From Gammaproteobacteria bacterium (GTDB lineage: Bacteria > Pseudomonadota > Gammaproteobacteria > Eutrophobiales > Eutrophobiaceae), in assembly GCA_963422205.2 (NCBI GenBank), contig CAXMWX010000003.1:96001-160000 (forward strand): a stretch of 64,000 nucleotides of DNA, given 5' to 3'. Of the stretch, positions 61,348-64,000 are shown in pieces (position 1 is the stretch's first letter; every line of letters starts with the position of its first letter). The position numbers and the translations under genes are program-made. Below the pieces are notes generated by a model, which saw nothing but the letters and a program-made list of their open reading frames with translations, was not told the DNA's origin and did not search any database.

Positions 61348-62331
61348 TTAGTCATGATCGTGGTGATGATGTCTGTGGGCGTTCCAGTGACTGTGGTAAT
61401 CAGGTTTGGCGCTATCGATATCCTCATGCTGATGATCAGCACCTCGCCGTTGTGTAGTTTGTTCGAAATCCTCCGGGCCATGCGGATGATTGTGTGCCGT
61501 GCTGACCATCCACCGGTATAACAGCGGGTCACGCTGATACAGGCGGGCACCGGCCCGGTTCTGGTTCTCAACCGGCGTTGACCAGGGATTGTAGTGAAAA
61601 TAATTGAACAATTTGGAATCCACCCGCCCCAGTGCGATACAGCCAAACTCCGAGGCAAAGGCACCGTGATTGATATACGCCGGTCGCCAGAAATACCCGC
61701 CCGTTGGTATCTCGCCGAACTGCATCATCCACGATGTTCCCCACAGGTGATAGGACTCCTCCGCACAATCATGATAGGAAATATTGTCCTGATAGAAAGC
61801 CGGCGTCATGCAATAAATAAACGTCATGGCATAGGACATGGGGTTAAAGTTAAGCAGCTTGATCAGGCAACCCGAAGCCACCGATGGCTTGGTCACATTG
61901 CCCGGCGCCCACGGGATATCCAGATACGAATCCACATCATGGTAGAGGTCAACCTGACACAGGGCGTGATGTTCGGTGGCTTCCACCAGGCTGGGCTCGG
62001 CTGTGTTATACATTAACAACACCAGTGCGCCCTGCTCGCTACTGATCGCCGGCATGGCATAACCGGCTGGCACATAAAAATAATGCCCTTTGCGAACCGT
62101 GCGAGCACCCACCTGAAGCTCTCCCTCAATGACCATCATCTCCCATTCAGACCAGGAAAAACCGGGGGGCTGACTGTAACCCCCATCAAGCTGCACAGTC
62201 ATGGTACAGGCACCGGTATCGTTATCCAAGCTTAACATCTTATAGTGCATGCCTCGGCCAAAGCCGGGCAGACTCATGTGTTTGAATGTTACATCTCGGT
62301 CAACAAAAGGTTCAATATGGGGTCGTGCCAT
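61348..62331 (-). CDS. Bicupin protein (DUF4437-like) with His-rich C-terminal tail
   Basis: Two cupin-like halves (E.MVIEG..YFYVPAG; YHDCAEESY..G.YFWRPA.INHG). Confidence 0.7.
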   Translation of the reverse strand: MARPHIEPFVDRDVTFKHMSLPGFGRGMHYKMLSLDNDTGACTMTVQLDGGYSQPPGFSWSEWEMMVIEGELQVGARTVRKGHYFYVPAGYAMPAISSEQGALVLLMYNTAEPSLVEATEHHALCQVDLYHDVDSYLDIPWAPGNVTKPSVASGCLIKLLNFNPMSYAMTFIYCMTPAFYQDNISYHDCAEESYHLWGTSWMMQFGEIPTGGYFWRPAYINHGAFASEFGCIALGRVDSKLFNYFHYNPWSTPVENQNRAGARLYQRDPLLYRWMVSTAHNHPHGPEDFEQTTQRRGADHQHEDIDSAKPDYHSHWNAHRHHHHDHD

Positions 62332-62377
62332 CGTATTTCTCCAATGCTATTTTTTTTATCGCTTGTGTTTGCTGTGG

Positions 62378-62671
62378 CTATTCGCCATCAACGCCGTACT
62401 TCCACAGGATTTTATCTTCCCTGCCATCGGGTTGTACCGGCAGGTTCTCCGGCTTGATCACGATCTTCTGATCGCCATCCATGTTAAAACCTCGAGTCGT
62501 GATGCGCTTGAAAAAATCCGCATACCATTTCTTGCGCTGCGGGCCTAACTCATCCATCTGCCTGGCAATCTTCTGGTAGCGTCTCTCTTGTTCTTCGATT
62601 TCTTCTTTAAGCCATTTCTCCTCCTCAGCACGGCGTTCATGTTCTATAAATAGGTTCTTAAAGGTCATCAC
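62378..62671 (-). CDS. Hypothetical coiled-coil protein (97 aa)
   Basis: GAGGAG RBS; highly charged helical N-terminal half. Confidence 0.75.
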   Translation of the reverse strand: MMTFKNLFIEHERRAEEEKWLKEEIEEQERRYQKIARQMDELGPQRKKWYADFFKRITTRGFNMDGDQKIVIKPENLPVQPDGREDKILWKYGVDGE

Positions 62672-62723
62672 GTATTCTCCTCAGGGTATACTCATTTATT
62701 AATACATAGTAGTCGATAGGCAT

Positions 62724-64000
62724 TTATAAGCATGCCTGCATTATCTCACTGAAAGGCTCATCTTGCATCAATTCCTGCGCCCATTGATCAGGTTGCTGCG
62801 ATAATTCAATGAAACCATGCCCGGCAAAGTTAATCCGGCTGGGGCCGCCACGAGGACTGTCTTTGATCGTGAGCAACGATAAAGGCGGTACAAGTTCATT
62901 CATAACCGATTGCAGGGGATAGTTTCGGATAATCTCGCTGAGTTTTTTCACCCCCGGTTGTAGCTGCCAGTAATCCACCAGGCGTGCAGTTAAGTCATCT
63001 GCATCCAATTCCGGCTGACCGCCCAGCGCATGGCTTGGGTTGTGCTCATACCAGGGCCAGAATAACTGGCTGTCACGCAACATATACCAGGTCTTCAGTA
63101 AATGACTGCCATCGTCAGCGACTGTGAAATCCAGGGGAAATAGCGGTGCAACCCATCCATCCTGCCCCTCATGCTGTTTTGTATAATCGACAGGATTGAG
63201 CAAGTACAACCGGGCGATCAAATCCGGGTATTGAAGGCCAAGCGCCACCGCCACCGCCGCACTGTCTCCAACCGCCAGAACGGCGACATCACTGATCTGT
63301 GTTTTCCTGATTAATTGTGCAAGTATTAACACAACGGCCTGTAGATCATTGGCTTCGATCTCGCTCGCCCCATGCCCCGGCAGGTCGGGCGCAATCACAT
63401 GGAAATGATCACTCAAGCTGCTGAGAATCTCTGCAAGTGCCCGGCAGGATTCCGTCAGATTATGCAACAGCAACAGGCCATGTTGATTGCTCATCCCCGC
63501 CTGACAGGTATGCACTTGATCCGAATCAAGATCGATAAATCTTCTCATCGTGTACTGCCCGGCATGGCCGATCGCCTTGGCTGCCGCTACCGATCGGCTG
63601 TTTTTTATATATTTTTTTACTGTCTCTGTCAGGGTATCAATGCGCTCGGCCAGGGTGGGACCACAATAGGCCATGCAGACATTATCCGCCCATGGCACTT
63701 TATCGAAGCGATCCGTATACGGTTTGAGAATGCTGCCCTCCCAGCGAATTATCGTCACCGGCACCTTGACAGGGAGGAGTTCTGCCGCTCTCTCGTTGGC
63801 AAAGGCGGCACGATAGGCACGATCATAATCCTTGCCCGCCTGCAAATACCCCATGGCCGTTGTATGTACTGCATCGGCATTGATCATACTCGCTGGCAAA
63901 CGTGCTTCCTTTGAGCGTTCATGCCAGGGAAAAAACACGCCCAGGTCCCTGGCAATCGCCCAAATTTTTATCAGGTGGCCGGCCAGTGCATCGGGCGCAA
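62724..64000 (-). CDS. Tandem two-domain alpha/beta hydrolase-fold protein (5' end beyond window)
   Basis: Frame open to window edge; LLLLH and IAPDLPGHGAS; repeated motif GHLIKIWAIARD..FFPW / GSHLLKTWYMLRD..FWPW. Confidence 0.8.
   Translation of the reverse strand, partial: APDALAGHLIKIWAIARDLGVFFPWHERSKEARLPASMINADAVHTTAMGYLQAGKDYDRAYRAAFANERAAELLPVKVPVTIIRWEGSILKPYTDRFDKVPWADNVCMAYCGPTLAERIDTLTETVKKYIKNSRSVAAAKAIGHAGQYTMRRFIDLDSDQVHTCQAGMSNQHGLLLLHNLTESCRALAEILSSLSDHFHVIAPDLPGHGASEIEANDLQAVVLILAQLIRKTQISDVAVLAVGDSAAVAVALGLQYPDLIARLYLLNPVDYTKQHEGQDGWVAPLFPLDFTVADDGSHLLKTWYMLRDSQLFWPWYEHNPSHALGGQPELDADDLTARLVDYWQLQPGVKKLSEIIRNYPLQSVMNELVPPLSLLTIKDSPRGGPSRINFAGHGFIELSQQPDQWAQELMQDEPFSEIMQACL

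Noticed and set aside
1-64000. CRISPR arrays, rRNA genes, transposases, integrases or prophage genes
   Set aside because: None recognised by eye in the sequence or the ORF track

Overview
Chromosomal window from a moderately GC-rich gammaproteobacterium (inferred from gene content and order). It is mostly housekeeping backbone: folB-plsY-tsaD-rpsU-yqeY-dnaG-rpoD; iscR-iscA-sufBCDSUT-Rieske ferredoxin; ndk-rlmN-pilW-rodZ-hisS-yfgM-bamB-der; mnmG-rsmG; moxR-DUF58-transglutaminase; pmbA; uvrD; cytochrome c4-resB-resC-dsbA; engB; rpmE. Several accessory insertions interrupt it. (1) The strongest candidate for an undescribed system is a tightly coupled five-gene operon at 12992-18979 encoding a PAPS-reductase-like PP-loop protein, a stand-alone group I cysteine desulfurase, a GHKL-type ATPase and two unknown proteins. 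It has the sulfur-donor plus PP-loop core of DNA phosphorothioation (Dnd/Ssp) with different partner genes. (2) The tRNA-Ile(CAU) gene after rpoD is split by a 237-nt group I intron. (3) A Fur-box-preceded flavinylation cluster encodes a beta-barrel, an FMN-binding protein, ApbE and a four-His membrane protein. (4) A type II restriction-modification pair sits between yqeY and dnaG. (5) A candidate sigmaE-type sRNA converges on engB, next to an orphan DnaA-box cluster. Single-base frameshifts (desulfurase, uvrD, probably the REase) may be sequencing errors, but a heavily decayed RidA remnant points to some real pseudogenisation. All family calls come from motif recognition by eye; no database searches were run.
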